Origin: Octopus bimaculoides
Taxonomy: Eukaryota
Assembly: GCF_001194135.2 (NCBI RefSeq)
Contig: NC_068993.1
Coordinates: 55,965,243 to 56,029,211, forward strand
Direction: 5' to 3'
Length of the DNA: 63,969 nucleotides
Below, piece after piece: positions 47,539-61,337 of the stretch; the first letter of the stretch is position 1; every line of letters begins with the position of its first letter. Under the pieces are notes generated by a model, which saw nothing but the letters and a program-made list of their open reading frames with translations, made no database searches and had not been told where the DNA came from. The position numbers and the translations under genes were made by a program.

Positions 47539-49462
47539 ATTATGCACACATACAAAATATGGAAATACATACACATATAACCAGATGCTTTAACAAAACA
47601 GAAAAATTATATAAGAACGTGCTTACAAAATATATACATAAAGGCAATAACGCAAAACACTCTCTCACACACACATATACACAAAATATTTATGTATATA
47701 GAAACGTACAAATAAACCGAGACTTACAGAAACTCACGCACATGCACACGCACAAGCATGCAAACATACAAATATAGAAGTAACTCACTTAGATGCACTC
47801 CCACTGTATACGTTTCCCTGAAACATATACGAACATACATATATACTCTTACGTAAATATTTAAAAAAAGAACAAAACACGATAGTGACGTCGATTGCAG
47901 TGTTAAGTGTCATTTGATCTCAGTTTCATTGCTACGCCCTCTGGTGGGAGATTTGTTGTGTTTAAGGTGAATCATAATCAACGCTGTTGATAGTGGTGGG
48001 CAAATGCATACTGGAACTAACACATACATACATACATACATACATACAGATATATATAGCATACATGCATACATATATATTTATATGTATGCATGTATAC
48101 ATACACTGTACATATATATATATGTGTGTATATATAAAACAATTATGTTTGCGTACACACATATGTACATATGCATATGCAGATTTGTAGGTACCAAGTA
48201 CTTCAATGTTTTCGCACTCCCCTCCATAGATTGTCATATATATATATATATATATANNNNNNNNNNNNNNNNNNNNNNNNNNNNNNNNNNNNNNNNNNNN
48301 NNNNNNNNNNNNNNNNNNNNNNNNNNNNNNNNNNNNNNNNNNNNNNNNNNNNNNNNNNNNNNNNNNNNNNNNNNNNNNNNNNNNNNNNNNNNNNNNNNNN
48401 NNNNNNNNNNNNNNNNNNNNNNNNNNNNNNNNNNNNNNNNNNNNNNNNNNNNNNNNNNNNNNNNNNNNNNNNNNNNNNNNNNNNNNNNNNNNNNNNNNNN
48501 NNNNNNNNNNNNNNNNNNNNNNNNNNNNNNNNNNNNNNNNNNNNNNNNNNNNNNNNNNNNNNNNNNNNNNNNNNNNNNNNNNNNNNNNNNNNNNNNNNNN
48601 NNNNNNNNNNNNNNNNNNNNNNNNNNNNNNNNNNNNNNNNNNNNNNNNNNNNNNNNNNNNNNNNNNNNNNNNNNNNNNNNNNNNNNNNNNNNNNNNNNNN
48701 NNNNNNNNNNNNNNNNNNNNNNNNNNNNNNNNNNNNNNNNNNNNNNNNNNNNNNNNNNNNNNNNNNNNNNNNNNNNNNNNNNNNNNNNNNNNNNNNNNNN
48801 NNNNNNNNNNNNNNNNNNNNNNNNNNNNNNNNNNNNNNNNNNNNNNNNNNNNNNNNNNNNNNNNNNNNNNNNNNNNNNNNNNNNNNNNNNNNNNNNNNNN
48901 NNNNNNNNNNNNNNNNNNNNNNNNNNNNNNNNNNNNNNNNNNNNNNNNNNNNNNNNNNNNNNNNNNNNNNNNNNNNNNNNNNNNNNNNNNNNNNNNNNNN
49001 NNNNNNNNNNNNNNNNNNNNNNNNNNNNNNNNNNNNNNNNNNNNNNNNNNNNNNNNNNNNNNNNNNNNNNNNNNNNNNNNNNNNNNNNNNNNNNNNNNNN
49101 NNNNNNNNNNNNNNNNNNNNNNNNNNNNNNNNNNNNNNNNNNNNNNNNNNNNNNNNNNNNNNNNNNNNNNNNNNNNNNNNNNNNNNNNNNATATATATAT
49201 ATATATATATACGTACACACATATATAGACACTCATTTGTGTGTATACATATATTTGTATATTATAATCATATAAGAAACACACTTACACACACATATAT
49301 ATGTACATCTGCATGTATATCTAATTGTATATGTATGTGCGTGCGTGTGTGTGTGTGTATATGTATGATACAGTATTCTTGTAGAAAGTTCCTTTTGTTG
49401 TCAGTATATATACTACTTAAGATTCTTCACGCTACACACTTACAGCCTACAGGCAGAATAGC

Positions 49463-49495
<33 letters not shown>

Positions 49496-49500
<5 letters not shown>

Positions 49501-50074
49501 CGGATCTTAATCTGTCATAGGTCTGTTTCATACAACTAGAAATCAAGAGAGCTTGTTTATTAGGAAGAAGGTTTGAAAATATTTTATAAGATTCTACAAT
49601 GCATAACAAACCGGGTTTTTTGGACTGTGTGCATGTCTGGCAAGGCAAATGAATTTTAACAAAAATTTCAAGAATATGCATTTATGGATTTGCCAAATTC
49701 AAGCAAAAACAAAGATGTTGTGAGTAGCAGCACTTAGAAGAAGAATTCGACCGGTTTCAGTCCAGTGTATGTATTTGTTTCTTCCGTAACGCGACAAATG
49801 GATATTTATTAAAGTGTGTAGACGATCGGATTATAGAGAAATCATATAAACTTGAATTATGTCAATATTAAAGAATGACTATCTAATATTAGGTGTGGTT
49901 GAAAAGAAGGCTGTTATGTAAAAGTCGGTCATTCTCCCATTTCATGGTTAGTCTCGACAGACTTCAGCCATGTCCCTGTTGTATTCTTCGGGTATTCCTT
50001 TATTTGTAAAATTATGTTTCATCTGATGAATACGGTTTTTTGTAATGGAGTAATGTTCTCATTTTTTATTAACA
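49496..50074 (-). mobile_element. Penelope-like element GIY-YIG C-terminal remnant, copy 2
   Basis: KNRIHQMKHNFTNK (cf. K.R..QH..F.N) and LLCIVESYKIFSNLLPNKQALLISSC (cf. LCL.EK..I...LLNKRSELISKC); same boundaries as copy 1. Confidence 0.5.
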
Positions 50075-50129
50075 TGATTTTATTGGCTTTTAACGGTTTT
50101 CTAGTGATTTTACGATTCCAATATTTGTG

Positions 50130-50256
50130 GCGGACAGACGTAAAGTCGAGTAAAATGACTTAACTTGATTTTTATTTTTCCATATATTATTTTTGAAAAA
50201 CCGACGTATAATCGAGAACGACTTAAATCGAAACGACATAAGCCGAGGTATGTCTG
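50130..50256. mobile_element. Tigger/pogo-like MITE end
   Basis: CGACTTAAATCGAAACGACATAAGCCGAGGTATGTCTG-TA; the reverse complement CAGACATACCTCG resembles a Tigger TIR, next to TA. Confidence 0.5.
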
Positions 50257-50894
50257 TATATTTATTCAAGGAGAATAAAATTGTACGTTTATTAAGGAAG
50301 TATTCCTTACACTTCAATACACACACACACATTGAAGTGAAAGTACTTACACAATATATATTACATATATATATACATACACACATACATAAACACACGG
50401 ATACATGTATACATACACACGCACGCACATAGACAGTTCTGTGTACTTTTGAAGTGCATTTGTATCACTTTAGAAGTCTATTGAGCATGAAATATCCGTA
50501 GAGATAGAACTGTGGTTGTAGTTGTAATTCTTGCTGCTAACTTAAGTATCTGATATAATTAAAAATAAATAATTCAAATCTTTCTAATTACTTGGTATAC
50601 CTTGTTGGTGTTGTTGCTGTTATTGTTGTATTCGTATCCTTGTAGGAAACAGTCTTAACTTGATAATTATAGTTGTTGTTGTTTGCTGTGAACGGTCATG
50701 TTTCATATTTCCTTCTAAGATTACTTCATGAAAAAAAAAAAAAAAATTGCAGGTTATTTTTACCAATAAAATTCTTCGGAACATCTAAATGTTTGCCTCA
50801 TTACTCTAGGACAGAAGGGAAAGTTCGCTATTAGATATTTTGAACATTTTCATTGCATACACAATTTTGTAAATGCCAATTTTGATTTATTCAT

Positions 50895-51066
50895 TTATTT
50901 CAAATTTTGGCACAAGGCCAGAAATTTTGGGGGAGGGGTACTTATTTTACCGATCCCAAAAGAATGAAAAGTAAAGTCGACCTCGGCGGAATTTGAACTC
51001 AGAATGGACGAAATATCGCTAAGAATTTCGTCTGGTACGTTAACGATTCTGCCAGCTCGCTGCCTT
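50895..51066 (-). mobile_element. SINE family A
   Basis: TTTTGGCACAAGGCCAG..GTCGACCTCGGCGGAATTTGAACTCAGAA..CTGCCAGCTCGCTGCC. Confidence 0.85.
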
Positions 51067-52042
51067 ATCTTATTTTATNNNNNNNNNNNNNNNNNNNNNN
51101 NNNNNNNNNNNNNNNNNNNNNNNNNNNNNNNNNNNNNNNNNNNNNNNNNNNNNNNNNNNNNNNNNNNNNNNNNNNNNNNNNNNNNNNNNNNNNNNNNNNN
51201 NNNNNNNNNNNNNNNNNNNNNNNNNNNNNNNNNNNNNNNNNNNNNNNNNNNNNNNNNNNNNNNNNNNNNNNNNNNNNNNNNNNNNNNNNNNNNNNNNNNN
51301 NNNNNNNNNNNNNNNNNNNNNNNNNNNNNNNNNNNNNNNNNNNNNNNNNNNNNNNNNNNNNNNNNNNNNNNNNNNNNNNNNNNNNNNNNNNNNNNNNNNN
51401 NNNNNNNNNNNNNNNNNNNNNNNNNNNNNNNNNNNNNNNNNNNNNNNNNNNNNNNNNNNNNNNNNNNNNNNNNNNNNNNNNNNNNNNNNNNNNNNNNNNN
51501 NNNNNNNNNNNNNNNNNNNNNNNNNNNNNNNNNNNNNNNNNNCCGTCGCCACCACCACCACCACCACCACCACCATTATCATCATCATCATCATCATCAA
51601 CTCCTCCACTTCTTTCTACCTTCCTTCTCCTTCTTCTTCCACCCTTCTTCGCACCTGATCTCCATTTCACCTAAATCTCCGGTTCCACCACTTACCACCG
51701 GTTTGTATACATTCCGATACCATTCCACCCAGCCACCACCCGTATCATTACATTTCTGCTCTCTTACTCAAAATCAACATTCTTGTGTTCTTCACTTACA
51801 TCAATTAAATATAAAAAAAGTAACTTCTGCTATTGTTGTTGTTGTTGTTGTTGCAGCTGTTGTGCATTGTTGCGAACACAGTAAAATCCAGCCGCGGGTA
51901 TTTGAAGTAGCCATTGTTTATCGGTTTCATACGTCATTGTTCCCCACCCCTCAACACCCACAACCGACAATAACCCATTTCATTAACAGAATACCAGGTT
52001 TCCACTGAATTCCAAGAAACACAAGTACACATTTACACACAC

Positions 52043-52107
<65 letters not shown>

Positions 52108-52723
52108 GACAAACACACGTATGTATGCGTGTGTGTGTGTATATATGTGTGTGTGTGTGTATATATGTGTGTGTGTATATGAATGTATATTGATGCATAC
52201 ATATACGAGTATACGATTAGAGCTACACTTACATGTACATACATTCTACACAAACACACACACGCACACACAAATGTATATATGTACGCACATGCACAAG
52301 CACACGCAGATACATACGCACATACATAAAGGTACAAACACCGTGAGCATAAAAAGTAAACACAACAGCAACAACAACAACAACAACAATGAGGTGAGAA
52401 GGAGCAAGTTTAGACAAATAATCCTCATTATCAGCAAAGTCTATAAACCTAGTTGCGATTTTCTTGTCAGAAAACATATTTATAACAAGAACAATAAGAA
52501 AAGCTTGGGCTAAAGCAGGATATTCAAGGTTCGAATATCAGCATTCCAAACCTTCAGGAAAGATCAAATGAACCATAAAAGAATATGATAAATATTCATT
52601 GGAACTTATAAACGGTATTTGGTGTATTTATGTATTGTGAATATCAGAATTATTTCAGTTTGTCATGCTATATTTCCTTGTAGCTCTCCGGATCAATTTA
52701 CACGAATTCATAGAGGATATCCA

Positions 52724-52754
<31 letters not shown>

Positions 52755-55700
52755 CATACGTACGTACATACGTACTACGTACGTACGTAGTGATAGCATA
52801 AGAATTTCTTCAGCGAGAGGAAATTGTAAGCTTTCATTTTGAATTAATGTTCACGGTCGTCTGGTTTGATGGGAAATGAATAGAGAAAAATACAGCATAA
52901 CGATCGTGTGTTTATATTCAAATGGCAAACCTATAAGAGTAGGGAACCTTTAGAAAATAGATTTCGTTGTCGCAGTAGCGATTGTGTTTAATTCATATCC
53001 TCTCTCAGTTTACAACTGAAGCCAAGAAATATATATTATTAATTATCAGCACGTCTCTAGCTTCCTCTGGCGGAGGAGGTAAAACATGACCAACATACGG
53101 CAAATACTTTAATTATTTCTTAAAAGTAGGAATCCAGGGCTTCACACTGTGTATATACTATATGTAGGTATGTCATTATTCAGCTTTATTTCAAGATTTC
53201 TTGCTAATAGAGAAAGAGCCGGTTTCTAACCTAGATCCAAGGCAACATGCTTTGGTTCCTACTTTTGGTCTAATGGATTGGTAATGCGGAGCTATTTATT
53301 TTGGTATTACAAATGAATAACTTTACAACATTTAAAAAAAGTGAGCTGTTAAGAACATCTATTGACTGAAGTAAAAAGTGTACATTATTCGGTTACTATA
53401 CAAAAAGAAACACTGTACTCTTGTACTGTACTATACTTGTTTAGATCAGTTTACAGGAAACAAATATGGCCGATAGATGTTTTAATTTATGTTATTTTTT
53501 CCCCAATATAAATGACAATGTCAACAATGTGACATCAATTTTGGAACAATTATTGAAGATCTTTAATTTTATTGCTTTTCTTTTCCTTGCTATGCACTTT
53601 AACAAAATTTAATGAATTAGTCCGAAATTATGACCCATCTAGAATTAAGACTACTTTCACAGAATATGACCAAAGATTTTTTATTGTGACAATCAAGATT
53701 ACTATGACTAGTGTTACTAAGTAAAATGACTCGTCGAAACATTTTCACTGAGCGACTCGTATAAAAACTCTGGCGTTTGGTCGACTTAGATTTTCGGGGC
53801 CTCATGGTTTTATTTTTTGAACACTTTTTAAAAATACGCGTTATGAATTCTTTTTTCATCAAAATAGGTAGAATTAAATAAGGGCGTTAGAAGCCTTGAG
53901 ATTAAATAGGGTACTCGATATCTAGTTATCGTTTTACCCCCATTATGCAGAATAAAGATAGTGAACCAGAAGTATACAAAACGCTTGCATAATTTGCAGC
54001 TTCGGGTGCGGAGTCAAGCAAATCAACGAGAGATTTTCTTGCTAGAAATTACAACACTTGTTAGCCAGCATATTGGTAGTAAACAGATCGACGTGCATGA
54101 TTGTAAATATTATATTTCATTTTAGAAAAAAATCTATTGAAAATCTATCGAAGGATGTCCTAATTGTAAGCAAAATAATTCCCCTTTGTCAGCAAAAATT
54201 AACTAGAACAGTGTTACTTAAGCTAAAAAAAGACGACCTAAAATATTTTAATATACAATGATATTGGTTGCATGAAATTTGATAAAACTGGCTTCGTAGT
54301 TGTAACACATGCACATCACAAAGAGAATACATTAATTGCAGTATAAATGTCTTTTTGAGGAGGCTAGATATGGGCGTTATATAAGGACACATTTGGGTTC
54401 AAACAATAGTTTCTGAAAGGGAAAGAGCTTAATCATTCCCAGTTGATGCAAACCTATTTACATAAAGCAGCATACTGCATATATTGCCATTGCCACTTTT
54501 TAAAAATTTATGTGACATCCGGTAATCGGCAGGCTTTCAAAACAGAGGGTGGATCCCCTAAGTGGAAAAATATTCAAAACTTATTTGTCCTTGAAAATAG
54601 CGACAGTCATCGTGAGTCATTTCCTACTTGAACCCCCCCCCCCAAAAAAAAAACCCCCACCGAATTCGTCTTCAAGGTGACATTGATGAAGAACTACTAA
54701 AGCAAATGTAGCAATAAAATAAAATAAAATAAAATAGAGAGATGTACTGTTGCTAGATTGTACAAAATATCCAACTTTTCATAATCTTGCATTTCGTAGT
54801 CTTACTGAAGATGGCATCAAACGAAAACACAGGAAATTTCATGTTACTTTTGCAGTAAAAAGAGCATTTAGAACAAGCATGGGCAGCTTTCTCGAGAAGC
54901 GAGCCGCATCAAACATGGCTCGTCATCAGGCGGACCACACTCCTAAAAAATTTCGAAGTAATCTTCCCTTAGGCGTTCCATTCAGAAAGCATCACGCGTC
55001 GCATTTTACTCACGACTGACGTAGAAAGTTTAAAAAGTACAAGCAATCGTTAACGTCGTACCTTTCTTCTGAAATTCGAAGTGAATTTATAAATCACATG
55101 GTTTCAAATGTGCAAAAATATTGTTTGTTAACAATTCGTGGAGATAAATATTATGGTATTCAATTATGATTTCACACTGGATGTGTAGAATGTCGATGTG
55201 GCGGCGCGTCATGGGTAATTGATCGAAGTGATTCAATTTGTTGACATTAACTTCAAGCCAACGAAAGCTGAAGTCAAATAGTCATTTATGGGCTTTATAC
55301 ATATAAAGAAAAAAGACGTTGCCCATACTGAGAAAACACTAAACAGTAAGAAGTGGAATGGAATTTATCGAGTGGTTGCTTATAATGTTATGCTGTTGCT
55401 GGTATTATGTTAGGTCATGATTCTGCAAAATTGCAAAATAGCTCTAAAACTGACCTTCATAAATATCAAAAAGGTCTACAAATTATATTACGTACACCGA
55501 GGCTATTCTTCATTCATTTTATATTTACAGTTGTGATATTGTAAAATTATTGTGATATTATTGTGATTTTACCGAGGTTCATAAAGGGCAGTGACTAATT
55601 CATTGAGTTATTGTCTGTAAGTGGGCAACGCGCCTCAAAACAAATATTGAAAATATTTCAGAGTTGAGGGTGTTAAAAATAGATTTACGTCCGGTACGGT

Positions 55701-56519
55701 GAACCCTCACCATGTGAGGTCACGGCAAACCTGATCAAATAAGAGTTCATGGAGTGCATACATCACAGAACACATATGTCATTTATAACCTATTGAATGT
55801 CAAGGACGTGACGATGTCGCTTCCACTTAGTTCTGATGCAGTGACTTGCAGAGTGGCAATAGATGTTAATCAAAGCAACAATTCAGAAATTAACTCTGTT
55901 CAGTACACATAAAACAGATAAAGTTATTCATATTCACCGGAAATACTCACGCTCATACGTTTGGAATTGTACACCTATCGCAATTAATAAATTCATCCAC
56001 TTCCATAGTCTATTGTATTGTTTTGAATACATACGTACATACAAACATATATCATGTAAGTAGGGTTAAAATCCAAGCCTCTTGAAACTCGTCTGCCTAT
56101 TACAGTATTACAATTCAGTGTATAGTTGTATTGATGTGAAGTACATTTTCGAGTTGAGCATTCTGGAAATATATTTTGCTGAGTTTTAATATATCAAAAC
56201 AAGAAGTTTGAAAAAATTTTTTTTCCAACTTCATTTGTTAATAAGAATTACAAAATTTCCTATTAGACATTCTTCAGAGAATCAAAAGCTATTATTGATT
56301 TTTTACCAGGAGAATTTCTAACAGGAAATTTCTTACATGTACAATTTTGTTTTGTAATTTCGTAATTCCTATTAGGAAATGAAACATGTGTAATGGTTAA
56401 TAAATAATAGCAAAACAATTTTTCCAATTTCATGTTTTGATATATATATATATATATGTAGTGAAACTACCTCCCGCCATTAGATACAAACTACTATCGC
56501 CATTACATACAATCTTCTC

Positions 56520-56801
56520 ATTTAACTATAAATAAATGCGAGCGTAGTAGAGAACCCATTCCTTGTCCATCACGTGACTGATCATTATTCGAATCGGCAA
56601 CTTCTTCGAACCGTTCCCGCCAGAACGCAAACTGACCAATCACGGCCCCTAGTAAGGTCACGTGATAGAGTATATTTCTACCATCTGGTGAGCCAATAGT
56701 TTGTTATAAATAGCTTTAACTCGGCAGCCAAATTCGTCTCGGTCCAGTTTCTCTTTGAGAACTGTTCCGTGTACCACACGACAGCAGCAGTTCCAGCGAC
56801 C
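56520..56801 (+). promoter_or_regulatory. Candidate Pol II promoter (CpG-rich; two TCACGTGA, two CCAAT, TATA)
   Basis: TCACGTGAC 56570-56578, CCAAT 56636, GTCACGTGA 56657-56665, CCAAT 56693, TATAAATA 56705-56712, Inr-like CCAAATT 56728; high local CpG density. Confidence 0.5.
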
Positions 56802-57586
56802 NNNNNNNNNNNNNNNNNNNNNNNNNNNNNNNNNNNNNNNNNNNNNNNNNNNNNNNNNNNNNNNNNNNNNNNNNNNNNNNNNNNNNNNNNNNNNNNNNNN
56901 NNNNNNNNNNNNNNNNNNNNNNNNNNNNNNNNNNNNNNNNNNNNNNNNNNNNNNNNNNNNNNNNNNNNNNNNNNNNNNNNNNNNNNNNNNNNNNNNNNNN
57001 NNNNNNNNNNNNNNNNNNNNNNNNNNNNNNNNNNNNNNNNNNNNNNNNNNNNNNNNNNNNNNNNNNNNNNNNNNNNNNNNNNNNNNNNNNNNNNNNNNNN
57101 NNNNNNNNNNNNNNNNNNNNNNNNNNNNNNNNNNNNNNNNNNNNNNNNNNNNNNNNNNNNNNNNNNNNNNNNNNNNNNNNNNNNNNNNNNNNNNNNNNNN
57201 NNNNNNNNNNNNNNNNNNNNNNNNNNNNNNNNNNNNNNNNNNNNNNNNNNNTGTATGACGGCCTGTCTTTGATTATGTTCTTATATGTCGCATTCACACT
57301 CTCACACAGACATACATCTTTAACGCTACAATAAATATCTGTTATTCATCTTATTTCGGTTGTGGTCTTTCATTACTGGTCATCTATGTTATCGTCGTAT
57401 AACATTATGTATATCATCATTTGATATATATATTTGTATGTTCGACCGTGTGACTCGTTTAAATAAAAGGAGTCCTCTGTTTTTCCATTCGTCACCATTT
57501 CTCCTTTTATGAGTTCGCACGGTCGTTCCCTTACATATATATATATAGATGGATGGATAAATAGACAGACGGACAGACAGACAGAC

Positions 57587-57620
<34 letters not shown>

Positions 57621-58345
57621 ATATTTGTATATATGAAGAACAGCTTTACTTTCATACATGTTTCATTAAGAACACGGCTATATTCCTATTTCATTTTTAT
57701 ATTACGAATTTTCCATATTTTCGTATAGGGCTTTCCGCGGTTAGCTTGAAATAATAAAGTTCCTTCATTCATACTCAACATTTCCAAACCTTCACAGCCT
57801 CATTCTAGGAATATGAACTAGGTTTGACTTCTCTATTGCTTCTCTTACTATAGATGAACGTTGCATCGAAAGATATTTTGACCGTTAGGCTTTCATGCCA
57901 ACTGCCACTTGATAATTTGCTTCATTGTTGTCAAATTCATATAGGCTTCACCGCCTAAATTTTTAACTTAGGCTCCCATGTCAACAGCAACATGTTAATT
58001 TCTTTTCATGTGTGTTGTTTGTTAATTTATTTTGATAATATATGTATGTATATACCTTTGAATGTGCAAATATGAGAGACCAAGTGTTGAATAAATGTTG
58101 CAGAATTTGTTGAATAATTCGAAGTTCAGAGTTTTGCATGTTAATACTCAGAGTTGCTGTTATATATGTTGAAGTACGATGGGTGACTTACAAAACTCAT
58201 CCCTGTTAATCAAAGTAAATATCCTGCCAGGGAAATTAGTGCTGATATGGTTTATGTAATAACCGTCAGGAAGCTAACTAGAAATAATTATCTGGAGAAC
58301 ATAATCAAATATTAGCCAATTGCTAAATTGACATTCTTTTTTCAG

Positions 58346-58543
58346 GGTGTCCGGGAGAGAACTGCGCAAATGTTTCGGCTTTTTAATGATATATTCAACA
58401 ATGCAAAGAGATTCCTTCATTACTGTTTCCAGATGTACTTCAAAGATTATGTTACTGCAGAAGAGCAAACATTTTGGAAAATATATAGGACCTCTGCTGG
58501 TCGAGGTTGATCATGCTTCTGCACATGTTTATGCAGGTCTGAG
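58346..58543 (+). CDS. Candidate 198-nt symmetric exon (alternatively a Tc1-like 5' end)
   Basis: Acceptor TTCTTTTTTCAG, donor GAG|GTAAGA, length 3n, open frame VSGRELRKCFGFLMIYSTMQRDSF..HVYAGL; no recognised domain. Confidence 0.35.
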
Positions 58544-59865
58544 GTAAGATTTTTAAAGAAATACTGACAGCTGCCCATATATACGAGCCCCATCTCTCAA
58601 TGACACTGAAGTTTATCCAAGAAAAATGCTGCCGCTTGGACCGACGAAGCTTGATGTCAGTATCGTCGCAGATGTCAGAACGCAAAGAGCTGGAACAAAT
58701 TACGCAAAGCATCTTACTCGACACTCAAACGGTTCCGTCCTTCAACTGCCTTGAATTGGTATCTTTTTTTATCGACCCTCAAAAATAGATAAATAAATAA
58801 ATAAATAAGGCAATGATAGTCCACATCCACATAAAATAGAAGTTAAGTTAATGCCAACGAATTTGAAGCATGGAAGATTTTAAAATGAAAAACACTAATA
58901 TAAATACATGCACAGTGAAGGGGTAAAAATCAATATTATTAATATTATTCAATTATTCTAATTCTCCTTTCATTTTAGCTTAAATCCTATCGAGTTCGAG
59001 TTTGCCTTTTAACCTTTTCCGGCCGGCAAAGTACCAGCCAAATACTCTCTCCCTTTATTCGACATGCAAGATGCGAAGCCTTGTGTTTATGTCAGAAATG
59101 TATACTGTATTCATTTTTTCCCCTCCCAAAGCACAGGAGGTAACATTAGATACATTTCCATCTTATGAGCACGCTAGCAAAACATAACAGTCATCGTAAA
59201 ATGCGGAAATAATGATGATTTAACGACCGAGTAAATATAATGACAACATTTTCAGTGTCCGTCAAACAATGCTACTCTCAGCTATACAAGTGAAACTAGC
59301 ATGTCATTGTGCAAACGATTGTCTACTACGTCCCTATATTCCAACTAATTATCTGTCCATAATAAATTACTTTGTTTAAAACATGCTCAATACATTTGTC
59401 AGACNNNNNNNNNNNNNNNNNNNNNNNNNNNNNNNNNNNNNNNNNNNNNNNNNNNNNNNNNNNNNNNNNNNNNNNNNNNNNNNNNNNNNNNNNNNNNNNN
59501 NNNNNNNNNNNNNNNNNNNNNNNNNNNNNNNNNNNNNNNNNNNNNNNNNNNNNNNNNNNNNNNNNNNNNNNNNNNNNNNNNNNNNNNNNNNNNNNNNNNN
59601 NNNNNNNNNNNNNNNNNNNNNNNNNNNNNNNNNNNNNNNNNNNNNNNNNNNNNNNNNNNNNNNNNNNNNNNNNNNNNNNNNNNNNNNNNNNNNNNNNNNN
59701 NNNNNNNNNNNNNNNNNNNNNNNNNNNNNNNNNNNNNNNNNNNNNNNNNNNNNNNNNNNNNNNNNNNNNNNNNNNNNNNNNNNNNNNNNNNNNNNNNNNN
59801 NNNNNNNNNNNNNNNNNNNNNNNNNNNNNNNNNNNNNNNNNNNNNNNNNNNNNNNNNNNNNNNNN

Positions 59866-59904
<39 letters not shown>

Positions 59905-59910
<6 letters not shown>

Positions 59911-60045
59911 ACGGGCTTCTTTCAGTTTCCCTCTACCAAATAGACTCACTAGGCTTTGATTGGCTCAAGGCTATAGTAGAAGACACTTGTCCCAAGGTGC
60001 CATGCAGTGGGACTGAACCCGGAACCATGTGGACCACACAGTTAC
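59905..60045 (-). mobile_element. SINE family D head
   Basis: ACGGGCTTCTTTCAGTTTCC.TCTACCAAA..CCCAAGGTGCCATGCAGTGGGACTGAACCCGGAACCATGTGG, next to (TA)n and a gap. Confidence 0.85.
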
Positions 60046-60112
60046 TCCTATAAACTTATGTATATACATACGTATATGCATGCATGTTTACATGTATACT
60101 CACACTCACACG

Positions 60113-60207
<95 letters not shown>

Positions 60208-61295
60208 AAGCACACTCATATATAAACAAACACATGTGTAAGTGCGTCAGAGTGTGTATAGGTGCATGTGTATTATTTGTAGTTATAGAGCCATTACGTG
60301 TACGTAGGAGTAAATGCATTCGCGCTGCATGACCTCATAAATATATCAAATAAATATGTAAGCGAAGATATACGTTTCTATCAGTATCAAAGTATATCTA
60401 TGTATGTGTATACGCATATATATGTATATGTCCAGTTATGTATCTATATGTACATGTAGATGAAGGTATGTACATACGTGTACATATATATGCATATACT
60501 CATATATTGTTTGTATGTATATACATATGTATATATATATATATATATATNNNNNNNNNNNNNNNNNNNNNNNNNNNNNNNNNNNNNNNNNNNNNNNNNN
60601 NNNNNNNNNNNNNNNNNNNNNNNNNNNNNNNNNNNNNNNNNNNNNNNNNNNNNNNNNNNNNNNNNNNNNNNNNNNNNNNNNNNNNNNNNNNNNNNNNNNN
60701 NNNNNNNNNNNNNNNNNNNNNNNNNNNNNNNNNNNNNNNNNNNNNNNNNNNNNNNNNNNNNNNNNNNNNNNNNNNNNNNNNNNNNNNNNNNNNNNNNNNN
60801 NNNNNNNNNNNNNNNNNNNNNNNNNNNNNNNNNNNNNNNNNNNNNNNNNNNNNNNNNNNNNNNNNNNNNNNNNNNNNNNNNNNNNNNNNNNNNNNNNNNN
60901 NNNNNNNNNNNNNNNNNNNNNNNNNNNNNNNNNNNNNNNNNNNNNNNNNNNNNNNNNNNNNNNNNNNNNNNNNNNNNNNNNNNNNNNNNNNNNNNNNNNN
61001 NNNNNNNNNNNNNNNNNNNNNNNNNNNNNNNNNNNNNNNNNNNNNNNNNNNNNNNNNNNNNNNNNNNNNNNNNNNNNNNNNNNNNNNNNNNNNNNNNNNN
61101 NNNNNNNNNNNNNNNNNNNNNNNNNNNNNNNNNNNNNNNNNNNNNNNNNNNNNNNNNNNNNNNNNNNNNNNNNNNNNNNNNNNNNNNNNNNNNNNNNNNN
61201 NNNNNNNNNNNNNNNNNNNNNNNNNNNNNNNNNNNNNNNNNNNNNNNNNNNNNNNNNNNNNNNNNNNNNNNNNNNNNNNNNNNNNNNNNNNNNNN

Positions 61296-61337
<42 letters not shown>

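Noticed and set aside
53009-53078. Possible 70-nt exon (FTTEAKKYILLIISTSLASSGGG)
   Set aside because: Weak donor (GTAAAA), short, and no homology; expected by chance.
54880-54935. Minus-strand CUGAUGA followed by a perfect CGAGCC/GGCUCG stem
   Set aside because: GAAA does not follow the stem, and helices I and III cannot form; not a hammerhead.
53600-55020. Short ORFs at 53617, 54058, 54189, 54443 and 54750
   Set aside because: No domain similarity or consistent splice signals; compatible with chance ORFs.
55697-55725. Imperfect palindrome TGAACCCTCACCATGTGAGGTCA with nuclear-receptor half-sites
   Set aside because: A single short motif with non-canonical spacing; not supportable without conservation data.
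56598-56628. Heat-shock-element-like TTC/GAA run in the candidate promoter
   Set aside because: Spacing is 0 or 3 nt rather than the 2 nt of nGAAnnTTCn arrays.
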